From NCBI RefSeq assembly GCF_009914755.1, contig NC_060937.1: 64,000 bases of DNA; one strand, given 5' to 3'. Numbering within the stretch: position 1 is the stretch's first letter; every line of letters starts with the position of its first letter. A program made the position numbers and the translations under genes. The notes below the pieces were generated by a model. The model saw nothing but the letters and a program-made list of their open reading frames with translations, ran no database searches and was not told where the DNA came from. Positions 40,744 to 54,735 of this stretch are shown here, piece by piece. The stretch comes from the human T2T-CHM13v2.0 reference genome, Homo sapiens.

Positions 40744-41150
40744 CTCCCCAGGGAGTAAAACAGGCTGGGCTGTGCCCATCTAACAAGGTAGCTTGCATTT
40801 TAAGGTTACATTCACTGGGATGAAAAAATATTTTAGTTCAGGTAATTTCTGAAGATTACTCAGTTAAAGGTAAATGAAATATCTTCCTCAGAATAAGAGG
40901 AGCTCAGCATTTAAGGGACCTGCTTTTCTAAGTTCTCCTTCCCTTCCATTTTTATCAGCTGGATTGAGAGTGGGTGGTTCTCACTGATCACCACCAAGGA
41001 TAGCTCAGAGCGCTGAGCCTTTGCAGCTTAGTAACTTGCAGGAAGCGCTTCCCTGTTCACTCACAGGCACATCACGCTTCAATCTCCCCAGGGAGGGTGC
41101 ACTCGAGGTTTGAGCGTGGGGGTGGAAATGGAGGCGTTTCCGTTCTATTT
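40744..41150. promoter_or_regulatory. Candidate enhancer (two EBF sites and a palindromic ETS site)
   Basis: CTCCCCAGGGAG twice, CAGGAAGCGCTTCC, local CpG retention; motif evidence only. Confidence 0.35.
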
Positions 41151-44100
41151 TGGTTTCTCCTACTGACTGGCTGCTCAGCTGTTCATGAGTCATCCTAACC
41201 TCAAAATCTGTCATTAAAACAGAAATAATGATACCTATTTTCTGTGCCTTACATGAATTGCATGAAGACATTATTCATATTTCTGAAATACATGTGAGAA
41301 TTAGTCAAGGTTAGCTGTAAGAAAAAGTACAATGGAATTGTTTTTAATCCATGATAGCTATGCTTTTATCATTTAGATTTTGAGAATTCTCTGTACTGAA
41401 AAATGAAGAATGAGAAGAGATCCTAATAAGGATTAAATTTGACAAAACACTTATTTGATGAACTGGATTAAGATACATACAGTTTTTTTAAATATATGGC
41501 ATAAGAATGTATTTATTCACATGTTCACTTAATAACATTTTATTGAACATCCCGGCATTGACTTAGACACTAGAATTACCACTATGACACAGAACCTCTC
41601 CTAAAGGAGACCACTAGAAACAAGACTACATGATTCTAGGTGACTGCATATGCAAATCTGGTGATATTTGAGAGATGTGCATTTTAATATCATCTATACC
41701 AGTGATTCTTAAAACAGAGATTAGGAACTTCGGAGAGAAAGAATTCAGCTTCATAGGAAGAAAAAATCTACATTTATCGTGAATATGTTTTTCTACAGCT
41801 TATTTTATATTACTTAGTTGTTCTTTTTCTAAGCTTGTAAGTTTAATGTTTATATTTTACTCATTCATATTTAGAAATAAAAACATTAAAGACGTGAGTT
41901 TGTCTCTGGATACCATTTTGTCCATATTCTATATATTGCTTTTCCTATTTAGTGCTGTCAGTATTATGTAATAAATGCTCTATAATTGAAACTTTTATTA
42001 GGTGATCCTATTAACATTTCTAAATGATAACATGACTATGGTTTAGTTTTTGCTGTCAGCATCCAGCAAGCTTACATTAAGCAGATTTGTTTGCAATAGC
42101 AGTTTCTTTTGTCTTTCTCGTAAAGTGCAAGTTCCTCATGTGAATTGTTATATACTTGATCTCTGGCTAGGAAGAGTGTTTTACAGCAGCCCCATTTAAT
42201 TCTTCCTGGTCCATCCATGCACAGGCTTCTACCACATTAAGCATCTTTACTACACACTCCTGTAACCAGACTTCTGCCAAACTGAGCAGTCTTTATAGCA
42301 GGCCCCTACAAACAATAAAAGCAAGTTTCTTTATTTGGGTTTGGAGAACAAAAATAGAAATGGAAGAAACTACCTGTTCCTTATTCTCTCATTCTAGGTC
42401 CAAGAGAAGATACCCTCACAAATTGGCATTCTCTCCTTGGGATAGATGGGAGAACTCTGTGTGTGATATTATTGAGCTGTCTTGGACTTGAGCTCAGTTA
42501 TGTGGTTTCCTCTATTTCCTGTCCTGGGAAGAGATGAAAGAGTAGCCCTGAGCCTCTGTGCAGCAGCATCCAGACACCATGGCTAGAATCCCAAATTCTT
42601 AGCCTCAGTCTATGAGCTGGGCTTAGATCTTTGATTATGTTGCCCTTCCCTCCCAAACAGGGCTGCCTCCTCAGTGGTTCCTCTCTCCCAATCTTGTCAC
42701 ATGACATATGTGGTTCCTTTCTTAGTGCTTTATTTCTTCTACCAAACATCCGCTCAGAGAGAAGTAGGATTCTAATTATTATTGTCACAATGGTTTTAGC
42801 TCATTTAGTAGAAATAAAATTTATAAAATATTTATAAATAAATTTATTCTTTTAGCTAGCTCATGCTGACCAATATATAAGGTATTTTTTGATTCATGAT
42901 AAATTTTGAGCCAAAACACACTTGCCATCTGAACCCTAAACACGTAAGTAGGATGTTTCCCTTTCTTTTGCTAAGGGACAAATTTCACGATAATATTTTG
43001 TGCAAAGTGCACATACACAGGTGAGCATTTTCCTTCCATTCTCACCTCTCAAAGTAAGATAATGAAAAAACCTTAGAAATTTGTACAAGAACTTAATGAA
43101 ATTAGATTTTTTAAAAATTAGATAATTCTCAATTCTCTGCTTCTAATTCGCCAGATTTTGCATGCTCCTTTGGGCATTCTCTTTTTCTCCTCAGAGTTTC
43201 TTGGTTCCCATCACACAAAATGATCCTTGCTAAAGGTATCAGGATCAAACCCTAACCTCTCGTTCTTCAACTGTCCATTTAAATTCCATCAATAGGCTCA
43301 TGCAAATTACAGATGTTGTGAACAATTCTTTTATTGGGAGAAATTGAAAGAACACTATTTTAACAGTTTAATCAGCATCAAATTAACCTTGCTTAGTCCT
43401 GTTCTCAACTAGCAGCTAGTCTTCTGACCAGTCCCATGACCAAGGGCCCACATGTGTCACCAATCGCTAAATATCTGACATAGCCATCTTTGAGTATTTA
43501 CCTGGAAAACCTACTCATCCTTTTCATTCTATACCTTTATCTTCATTCTCTCATCCATTCTCTGATGCTTTGGCATTCTACCCACTACCTCTTCATTAGT
43601 TAAGTGGTTGCTTCTTTCTATCTAGCCAGACTTCCTGATGCCAATTCATGTCCTGACCAAATTTTTGCCTCTCACCTCCTGCTTCCCTTTCCTCCATCAT
43701 CATGTTCACACTGACTTTCTCCTGAGACATCATCTGTAACTTCTTTAAGGACCTTCCTTATGTTGATGACCTATCTAAGGGGCCCTCTATCACCCACATC
43801 ATGCTATTTTTAGCACTAGGAAAGGTGGAAACTGCTCAGAATATTTATCACGTGTCTTTAACAGGATCCTAATTTTCATGTACTACTTCTGAAGATACAT
43901 TATAAGAGAATTCCAAACTGCAGAACAAAGGGTAAGTCTACAAAGGTGCTCAGTGTCTTCATTTATAACAGAAAAATAATTAGAATATGCTAGCCACAAA
44001 AGAGTATTTAATAATAATAAACCACCCGATATACCTTAATGCAACTATTAAAATTATGTTTCTAAAGAGAAAGCACTGTAATTATATGGAAATATCACTA

Positions 44101-44298
44101 CAGCATTATGGTAACTTTTTAAAAAATATAAGATTTACTTTATAGAGCATAACTAAGTCCTGTTTGCTTGTCTGTTTAACTTAGTCATAGAAGCCAAGAC
44201 TGGAAAGAATAGAAGCAAGATAAATGTGAGCAACTGACTATCACATTGAAAGCCTACTTTCAATTTTTCTTCATTTTCTAAATTTCTCTAATGATTAC

Positions 44299-44870
44299 TG
44301 TGGTAGACAACCTCTAACATGGTCCCTTGTTGTACTCACCTTGTGCAATTCACACCTGGATATTATCTCCTCTTGTTGAGGGTGAGCTGTACTTGTTTCT
44401 AATCAATAGATTGTGGTCAAGATGATGGGATGTCACTTTCATAAATAGATTACAAAAGATTGTGACTTATGTCTTGCTAGCAGACTTTCTTTATCACCTT
44501 CTTGGTTTTCATGCTTTGATAAACAAGTTGCCATCTGGGAGAGGCCCACCTGGCAAGGAATTGAGGACAGCCTCTGGTCAACAGCCAGAAAGGAACAGAG
44601 GGCCTCAGCCCAACAACCTGCAAAGAAAATGAATGCTGCCAAAACCACCTATTGAGCTTGGAAATGGCATCAATCAAGCCTTCCTCAGCCAAGCCTTCTG
44701 ATGAGACTGCAGACTTTGATTGAAGCCTTGTTAGAGAACATAAAGCAGAAGATCCAGTTAAGCTGTACTCAGATTCCTGACCCTTGGAAACTGTGAGACA
44801 ATAAAAGTGTGCTGTTTTCAACTGCTAAATATTGGAGTTATTTGTTACAGAGCAATAACCAACTAGCATA
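44299..44870 (+). mobile_element. MLT1E/F-like solo LTR
   Basis: tgtggtagacaacctctaacatggtcc...gagaggcccacctggcaaggaattgagg...cagattcctgacccttggaaactgtgagacaataaaag. Confidence 0.85.
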
Positions 44871-45120
44871 TGAAAGTATTATTTTTATAACACAGTAGTA
44901 AACTTCTTTTAAAAAGGATATTCAAATAAAATGAATTTGAAATAGTAAAGGACTTTCTGAACATTGTATTAGTCCATTTTCACACTGCTATGAAGAAATA
45001 CCCATGACTGGGCAATTTATAAAGGAAAAAGGTTTAATTGACCCACAGTTCCACATGGCTGGGGAGGCTTCAAGAAACTTACAATCATAGCAGAAGACAA
45101 AGGGAAAGTAAGGCACTTTC

Positions 45121-45399
<279 letters not shown>

Positions 45400-45469
45400 T
45401 CACAAAGCAGCAGGAAGGAGAAGTGCAGAGTGAATGGTGAAAAAGCTCCTTAGAAAACCATCAGCTCTT

Positions 45470-45842
<373 letters not shown>

Positions 45843-47273
45843 CTAATCATGCGGTCCCTCCCCCAATACAGGGGATTACAATTCAGATTACAATTCAAGA
45901 TGAGATTTGGGTGAGGACACAGGGCCAGACCATATCAAACATCTCCTACAAGGTGACCCTTAGAAGCCGACTCCCTGACTGGAAGAGAGGGAAAGGGAGA
46001 GTGTGGGTGTCATCACTGCATAGCACAGAATATTCACACAAGCTCACAGGGGTTTGGGGTTATTGTGGGTGCTTCGATATTTGCGTTTTTATCCTTCTGC
46101 TGCTCTCCCAGAAGACTCGCTGATCTGGAAAGTAGAACACGCATCCTGGAATCTAAAACCTATCACAAATGTATTTGGGAGAAAACTTCACTCTCCTGTA
46201 AGGGTTTGCCTCACAAGAAAGAAGGAACATGAGACTGTAATACCAACGAGACTGCAAAATGAGACGGTAGTGATGGAACAAAAGGACTCTAGTGTTGACC
46301 ATGATGTTATGTGAGGAGGTCATACAGAGGAGCCTTCAGAGAGGAGCTGCAGAGGACCTTTCCAACCTCCACCTCTGGGGGCTGACCCAGGAGGGTGTCC
46401 CTGAGGGTGAGCTCCTGGACCTATAGATTGTAGTGGATAGGGCATGAAATTCTTCATCCTTGACCACTGGATCCTTCTTTAACCAGTCTTATCAGAAGGA
46501 AAGACGCAATTAGAATTTGGGAAAGGGGTGAGAAATGGCATTCAAGAGAGCATGTCTGTATAATTTTGTATGTCAGAACTTTCTACAACCAGACATTTTG
46601 AACTTTTAAAACTATATATGTATATAGGTATGCATCTGAATCAGGCAGGAGCTCAAGGAAGAGGGAGGACTCAGATAAGTGGCCGAATAGACCCAGGCAA
46701 GGATGTAAGAGTGCATTCTTGTTCTTTATAAATTAATTCTGCCCACTTTCCTCCCACTCTTGGCTCTACCCCACATAAGTACCTCCATCCAGCTGAGCAT
46801 TACCACTTTTTAGCACTGTGTCCACTTCAACTTCTGGCTCTCACCTTGAGGCCAAGTCCATTTCCTACTGGAGAATCCAGTCTCATTCATATCATCATTT
46901 GGCCACAATGCCTGAAGCATTGCTGAACGTACCTTCCAGTAAAAGGGAAACAGATAATATAGTTCTTTCTAAAGACACGACTTGAGTTTTGGAGACACAA
47001 TTTGTTCTAATATACAAGACAGATGGGAAATACACACTCTTAGTGATTGCCTGAGTCACCGACATTTAGAATGTTTCCTTTCAGCAATTGTGAAAATTGC
47101 TATGGGGAAAATGCATCACCATTCAGGAGTGTGTGAAGGACAAGCAGTCACAGAGTAACAGTCAGACCCTCTCAGAGCCCAGTCATGGATTAAAACTGAA
47201 ACTCACAGATACAATATCATCACTACAAATTTTGCTTATAAATGACATCTGTTAAGTTTTTCCCTATTAGTTC

Positions 47274-47643
47274 TATATTAGTCACCTTGGACTACCATAA
47301 TGAAATGTCATAGTTTAAACAACAGAAATATATTTTCTCACAGTTTTGGAGGCTGGGACTATGAGATCGGGGTATCCACATGGTTGCGTTCTGGTTAGCG
47401 CTCTTTCTGGCTTGCAGATGGCTGTCTTCTCACCATGTCCTCACATGATGGAGAGAAAGAGAGAGCAAGATTTCTAGTGTCTCTTTTTATAAAGTGCTAA
47501 ACCCATTGTGGTGGTCCTGACCTCATGACTTAATAGAACCCTAATTACCTCCCAAAGGCCCCGTCTCCAAATAACATCACATTGGGGATTTCAGGACTTT
47601 AACACTTGTATTTTGGGGAGACATATACATTCAGCCTATAGCA
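47274..47643 (-). mobile_element. MLT1A-like solo LTR
   Basis: ttaaacaacagaaatatattttctcacagttttggaggctggg...ggcttgcagatggctgtcttctc...taattacctcccaaaggcccc...cattcagcctatagca. Confidence 0.85.
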
Positions 47644-49171
47644 AGCTTGTTATCCCATATGCATTTCTTTTCACAAGAAATTTTAACTGCATGTTTTCTA
47701 GAGAACAAAATTTAAGCCATTCTTTATAGAGTATCCTCTCTGTGTCACAGAATTTTGCCATTTAATGAATGGTTTCAGGTGATCGTGACTATATTTAAAC
47801 TTTACCTTATACATGGAAGCAAAAAAATACAAGTGTGTTGTATTAGCATTATGTCTTTTAAAATAATTTCTATTTTTAATAACTGGTTAAAAATGCTGCA
47901 ATACAGGCATGGAAGGTGGAATCAAATATGTTTTTAAGTAAAACAAAATGTATTTTGCACATCGTAACATCAAACTGTTAAGCTACACTTAGAAATTTCA
48001 GTTACCTTATATACGAAAACTTACGCTGAGTGGCCTGAAATAAGGTCATTATACCCTGATGCTTTCACAACCTTCTCCTTTTCTCTCTAACAAGTGCTCA
48101 CTATTATGGGAAGAATGCCTGGCTTTTCTTTGCAGCTTTGCAGAGCTTTAAGGAAGCAGGGTTTTTAATCACATTCTTCTTTTCTTGCTTGCACTTCTGA
48201 CTTCTCAGAGTTGGCAGCAGAATTTTAAGTTCATCTCAGAGATAGCAGCGCTTTTTAACCTTGGACAGTTTAAAAGTCTCTACCAGGGCATTTCTAGGCA
48301 TTTTATTGCTTCATTCCTTTATTCTCATGTCAAAGACAAGTGGACTTCAGCCAAAAAAACAAAATTAGAGTAGAACCCTTACTCTATTTCCAGATCAGCT
48401 AAACCAATTAATACAATTTAATTAAAACTTATTTTCTTTCTTTTCTGCAGAAGGGGCTCAGAGAGCAGCTGTTGTGATCGGGTTTTCAGTATGTGGCTCC
48501 AGATAGATTTAACTCTTACAGGGACACGTTCAGAATGAGATATACAGCATGTGGCACTACTAATTGACTTCACCTTAAATTTCCCATGTGGTACCCTAGC
48601 AAACTGCCCCTTGAAATTATCTATTTTCTTAATCTGTAAAGGGAGAAAATTGATGGCATTCCCACTTTTTTCCTTGGGATTTAGTGTTTCATAGGACCCA
48701 GTGCTTACAGATAAACTTTTCATATTTAGCAGGTGTCAACCAATTCACTTGGAGAAATGCAAAGTACTTAAGCTACAATGAAAACTGTCCTCCACAAATG
48801 TCACAGGATGTGTTTTCACCTTGAACTTGAGGAAAAATTTACAAGACTAATGATCCTCATTTTATCTCCTGTTATGTTTAACTTTGAGCATTCCTGTAAG
48901 TTAAACATATAGCATTGACAAAATAATCTCTGATTCACTGGGGTACAAAGAAACCCAGCAAGAGCTTCCCTCATGTTTACCTGCATCCCCATGTTTACCT
49001 TGGGGTTTCTAGAGGTTCCTCCTGGGATTCAGCCAGCTGTAGGGACAGAGTTCAAGGTCCTTTCTCAAAAGCACCCAGTTGTAATTTACTTCAATGCTCT
49101 CTTTCGCCCCTCTTTGCCCTTCCCTAGTCCATGAAATCTTCACTGAAACTAGAGTAGGGAGAGATGCTGTT

Positions 49172-51325
49172 TGTGTCAGCTAGAACTGAGTTTGGCTGCC
49201 AGAAACAGACACTCCCAAACAGAGGCTTAAAAAATTAAGTGGCTTATTTGCTCATGTAGAAGTCTGGAGATGGATAGACTAGTCTGATGCCACAGCCAAG
49301 GACACCATGGGGGGCTCAGGTTCTCCATGTACTTTTCTGCTGAGTTGATGGCCTTCAACTCATGGATACAGGACAGTTCTAGAAACTCCACATACCCCAT
49401 CAATGTTCCAGGCAGGAAGAAGGAGGACAGGAAAGACAAAAAGAAAGGACAAAGGTCTCATGACAGAAGAGTCTGAACTATATTTGAAGGATTTCCAGGA
49501 AGCCTCATCTAGTAATTTCTTTATACCTCCTTTGGGCTTCAGCTAAGTACAGGGTAATCTGGGAAGGTGAGCAGTTCATCTTAACACAATGGTTCACTGA
49601 AATAAAAGTGGGGTTCTTACAGTAACAAAGATGAAAACATTTATATTTAGTGGGGAATTAGTTATCTCTGTCATAGCCTACCCCTTTGGCTACCCAATAT
49701 TCACTCACACACACATTTATTCTAGTATCCTGCCACTTTGTAAATATTATAAAATGTATGGAGACATGCTTACTTGTCATAATGACTGAGAAGCATTTAG
49801 TGTATTGGGGCTAGTGATATATGATTCCACTAGCATTTAGTGTGTAGGAGCTAGTGATGTCAATGATTCGGAATAATGAGTTATCTCATCTAGAATCCCA
49901 ATATTGACTGCTGTCGAGAAACACTATCAAACATAGGAATACTATTTCTGTCCCCAAAGGAGGTGATATCCTAAATTCATAACCATTTCTCTTCTAGGTC
50001 AAATCATAAGTTTCTGGGACAGTGTAACTTTTACCATATGTAATTTCTCCTTATCCAATAATCTAGTTATCTCCTTGCAAAATATGCAAAATATCCAATC
50101 TACAATGGTGGAGCGAAAATAGTATTAGCTTCAATAAAAAAATCCCCTCTGGGAAATAGAGAAGCCAATGGTTACCACAAATATCAGACCCTGCTGATAA
50201 GAGTAGCTACAACTCTTCATTGACCAACCTGGTAGCCCCAGTTCGGGTACCTTGGAAATTCCCTCTGGTCTAATAATCCTCCACCCCTACATCTTAATTG
50301 AGCACTGGGGTAGGAGCACACCTTCAAGACTGCATGTGTTCCTGGTACAATTTAGAGTCCAAGAACTGTTTTGCGGGATTGAAAAGTCACAGGCAGATGT
50401 TGTCCTTTTCTGAATTTTTTTGTTTGTTTATTTAGTCAATATAGTTCCCTCAAAACTTAGCAAGTTTTAAGGCTATTTGCTGCAGCCAATTCTCCGAGTA
50501 ACTATAGCCAAGGATCTCATATGGACATAGTTTTATTCATTAAAGTCTTTTATCTATTGACATCTGTGACTTGACTATTTTCCTAAACTCCTGCTGGTCA
50601 GTGCCTTGAGGTAGTTAGAAACAACCTTGTGTACAGATACAAACATTGAATGCGACATTCTTTTTTTTTTTTTTCCAACAATCACTCCCTATTTCAGCAG
50701 GGACTTTTTGTAGAAGAGGTGTGGGAAAGGCAGAAGGTATCAATCTAAAACTATCTCTTCTAAGCTGTCCTCTATTTTGGAAAGAGAATAACGTACCTTG
50801 TTCAACCTATCGAGGCACAAACCATGGTAGTTTCACGCAACTTGGTTTCTGGGTCATATGCATATGTGTCTCGCAAATTTACTCTCCTAATCTTCTGCTT
50901 GCAGATGTCTAGTGGTAGTCTCAGCTGATTTATCTCTTGTAGAACTTGGCTCAAAGAAGAAAGAAGAAAGAGGAAGAAAGAGCAGATTCTACCATCCTGA
51001 ATTGTTTCTATCATTTTTTCCTAACACAGCAGCCTTGGTTTGTACATGGTCAATACACAATGTGCTGACAGATTAAGCAAATGTTCTATTACTGAAAAAT
51101 TAGAGTCACCAGTGGCATTTAACTGGATCCCATGTGGATTAAGGAAATTACTGTGTATTTTTCTTGTAGAAAGGTTTGGAGGTAAGCAGCCCAGTGGCTT
51201 CATAAGTTCAGCAGTGATCCAGGTTCCTTCTTTCTTTTTGTTCCATCAAAATTAGTATGTGATATTTGTCCTCCAGTTTGTTGCAGTGTGGTTACAAAAT
51301 GGCTGTTCTATTTCCATCTCCATTA
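49172..51325 (-). mobile_element. Degenerate MLT1 (J/K-like) MaLR provirus with a nested MER5B-like MITE (about 49740-49926)
   Basis: LTR 49172-about 49674 followed by the antisense PPT gcctacccctttggctacccaa, MLT1-internal-like sequence, and a second LTR remnant near 51100-51325. Confidence 0.55.
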
Positions 51326-52387
51326 CTTACTGTGTAACCTGGAATATACTGTTAATCTATTTAGGTTCAATTTTCTTAACTATAAAATGGGGATACTAAT
51401 AAATGAACGAACTGTCACTCCCCTGGGTGTTCTCAACAATTTCAGCCTGCTGTGACACATGTTCTTTAATACTCAAATAAAGCTGGATGATATCCCTCTC
51501 ATATATGATGGAAAATCTACTTTCCAACTTATCATATATATTTATGAATTTTGAGGTGCCTTGTGTTTCTGCTAGACACTCTAGATCTAGTTTCCTCTTT
51601 CCTCTGAATTCTAAATTCCTGAACTGCGTCTGAAGATTCCATACTTGAGCCCAACCAAAAAGACATCTTTCAATGTAATGTTCAATATTTCTTTTGAAGC
51701 CCTTCAAACATTTTCTTTACCAGAAACTTGTCTCTAGTTATTGATTCTTGCAGAGCCCCAGTTTTCAGTTCCATTGTTTATATCTTTTCTCTTATCTCTC
51801 TCTGCCAACTTTATCTCCTGCTTTTAAGCTGTCTTGCCCATATAATATTTCCAGGTTTTTTGTGTTTTTATTGGCAGAGGAATTTGGCTATTTATTTTGC
51901 TCCAAATCATCCTGATTATATTCAAGGCTTCTCCTCTTTCATAACCAAGGGGATTATAAATATATTTTTCTAAACAAGAATGCTCATCCCCTGAAGATTT
52001 CTACTTTTGAACATGAAGCTTTTAAACTTTCCTCCCTCCCTTTTGTAAATTCTCCAGTAAAAATACCTATAAGAATATTGTAAAGATTACGTGATACAAC
52101 AGATGTAAAAGTGACTGGAACATCATATGCATTTAGTAAATGTTTAACTCATCTCTCTCTCATGCTCAGTAGATTAAGCTGTTAAAAGCTGCATCGTTAT
52201 TTCTAAAGTTTTGTCTGAAATAATAAAATATTACCTACTTAAGTACTGTAAAATATTTAACTAATCAGCTTGAAATGGAAGATTTAGAAAATATGTTTTT
52301 AAACTCCAGAATTGAAAAGGCCTTTTAAAACATATTATTGCAACTTATGTTTGTGCAAGTAGAACAATCTAAAGTTAAAGAAATCTA

Positions 52388-52722
<335 letters not shown>

Positions 52723-52739
52723 TTAATGTGAACATCATT

Positions 52740-53570
52740 TTTTCTTCTTCATTTTTGTGGATATATATTAATTTGATTCATCCTAGAGTATTATACACAC
52801 TACCCCTAGCTAGGTGAAAATTTATTTATCACAAGCTCTCATGGAATCTGCTCCTTGCTTTCAGAGCACTTATTTCAATTTGCAATTATACATTCACCAA
52901 TGGAGTTATTTGTCTAATGTCTGCCTCTCCCGCTGGACTGGACCGTAAGCCCAGTGAGGAGGGTCTTTTCCCATTTTTGCCTGACTTTGTGTTTCTAGCA
53001 CCTAGCCCCATGTTTAAATCATTGAGTGCACAATGTCCTCCTACACTCTGTACTCTACAACTGGTATGGGCAATTCTGACCATGTCCCTTTACTACTTAA
53101 TTATTCAGCTGTCCCCTCTTGACATTGAATATATCCAGGATCTCAGCAAAACATTTAAGGCTCTTATATTGTGGTGTGTGCCCAGTTTTCAAATGTCACC
53201 TCCCACTACTCCCCACAAAAACCCCAGGTTCCTGCAGTACCCAATGGTCAGCCAAGTTCTCTGAGCATCTGTCTGGAATGCCAGTCTTTCCTCAAAATCA
53301 TCTTCTCAACAGATATTTACTCTTACTTCCAGACTCAGATAAACATTTCCTTTCTCTTCTATTAAGCCTTCTTTGACTTACTTTTAGGGAAAATTGGAGG
53401 TTTATTCTTCTTTTTCTGCATAATGCTCTCTTCATATACCTCTATTAAAGTAGTTACAGTATGTTTCAAGGGCAAGGGCTCTGTTCTCTTAAACTTTGTA
53501 TCTCCAGTCCATAGTACAATGATTGTTACTTAGGAGGTTTTCAATAAATGTTTCTTGAATGAATGAATCA
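52740..53570 (+). mobile_element. L2 3' fragments
   Basis: gtctgcctctcccgctggactggaccgtaagcccagtgagg and ctttgtatctccagtccatagtacaatg...aataaatgtttcttgaatgaatgaat. Confidence 0.7.
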
Positions 53571-53915
53571 GAAATATATAGGTAAACTTTTTTTAAATGG
53601 AATGAATTGGTGCTGCTTCAGATATTTTATTCCAATTTAAATATGTGTCTGTATATGTATACACACACATTATCCAACAAATTTTACTGTTTTCCAAAAA
53701 TGCAAAATATTTGATGGGGGTTGGGGAGAGGAAGAATCTATTCCCTCATGGTTTCTTTAGTTTTTCATTAAATTTCTTTCTTTAGGTAATATTCTCAAAT
53801 CTTGTCAAATCTTGTGGGTTTAACATGACTTCTAAAGATTTCATCAGATTGTTTGATGCTAGTTTACACAGAAGAAGACTATGACAACATGCAACAATTA
53901 TTAAATGAGCATTTG

Positions 53916-53976
53916 TGTACTAGTCAGGGTTCTCTAGAGAGACATAACTAATAGAATATACAGAACACACACACAA

Positions 53977-54017
<41 letters not shown>

Positions 54018-54393
54018 TTTATTAAGCATTAACTTACACAATCACAGGGTCCCACAATAGGCTGTCTATAAGCTTGAAGAGCAAGGAGAGCCAGTCCAAG
54101 TTCCAAAACTGAAGAACTTGGAGTCTGATGTTTGAGGGCAGGAAGCATCCAGCATGGGAGAAAGATGTAGGCTGGGAGGCTAGGCCAGTCTCACTTTTTC
54201 AAGTTTTTCTGTCTGCCTTATATTCACTGGCAGCTAATTAGGTGGTGCTCACCAGATTATGGGTGAGTCTGCCTTCCCCAGCCCACTGACTCAAATGTTA
54301 ATCTCCTTTGGCAACACCCTCACAGACACACCCAGGGTCAATACTTTGTATCCTTCCATCCAATCAAGTTGACACTCAGTATTAACCATCACA
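53916..54393 (-). mobile_element. MLT2A 3' LTR with its (CA)n tract at about 53965-54012
   Basis: tgtactagtcagggttctctagag...gaagaacttggagtctgatgtttgagggcaggaagcatccagc...caagttgacactcagtattaaccatcaca. Confidence 0.93.
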
Positions 54394-54735
54394 AGTTCAC
54401 CCCTTGTCAACTTGAACCCATACACATCTCCTGAGATCATACATAATCTTCAAATAAAGATAATAATAAAGTCACAATTACACCTAACATAATACAACTA
54501 TCCTTCCTACAACTGGAAACGCACCAACCCCCAACCCAAATACTATTACATAAAGTTAACAATACTTACATGCTGACATGAAATCAATAAATCTTATGTC
54601 ATGAAATAAAGGAAAAGGAAATAAAATGAAGATATTTTCTCAGTACAAGTGTATACATGCACAAACATGTTTTTAACAAAAGAAGGAGGAAATACTCATG
54701 TGTTACAGTCCTCATTTCTGCAGCTGCTCACATGC

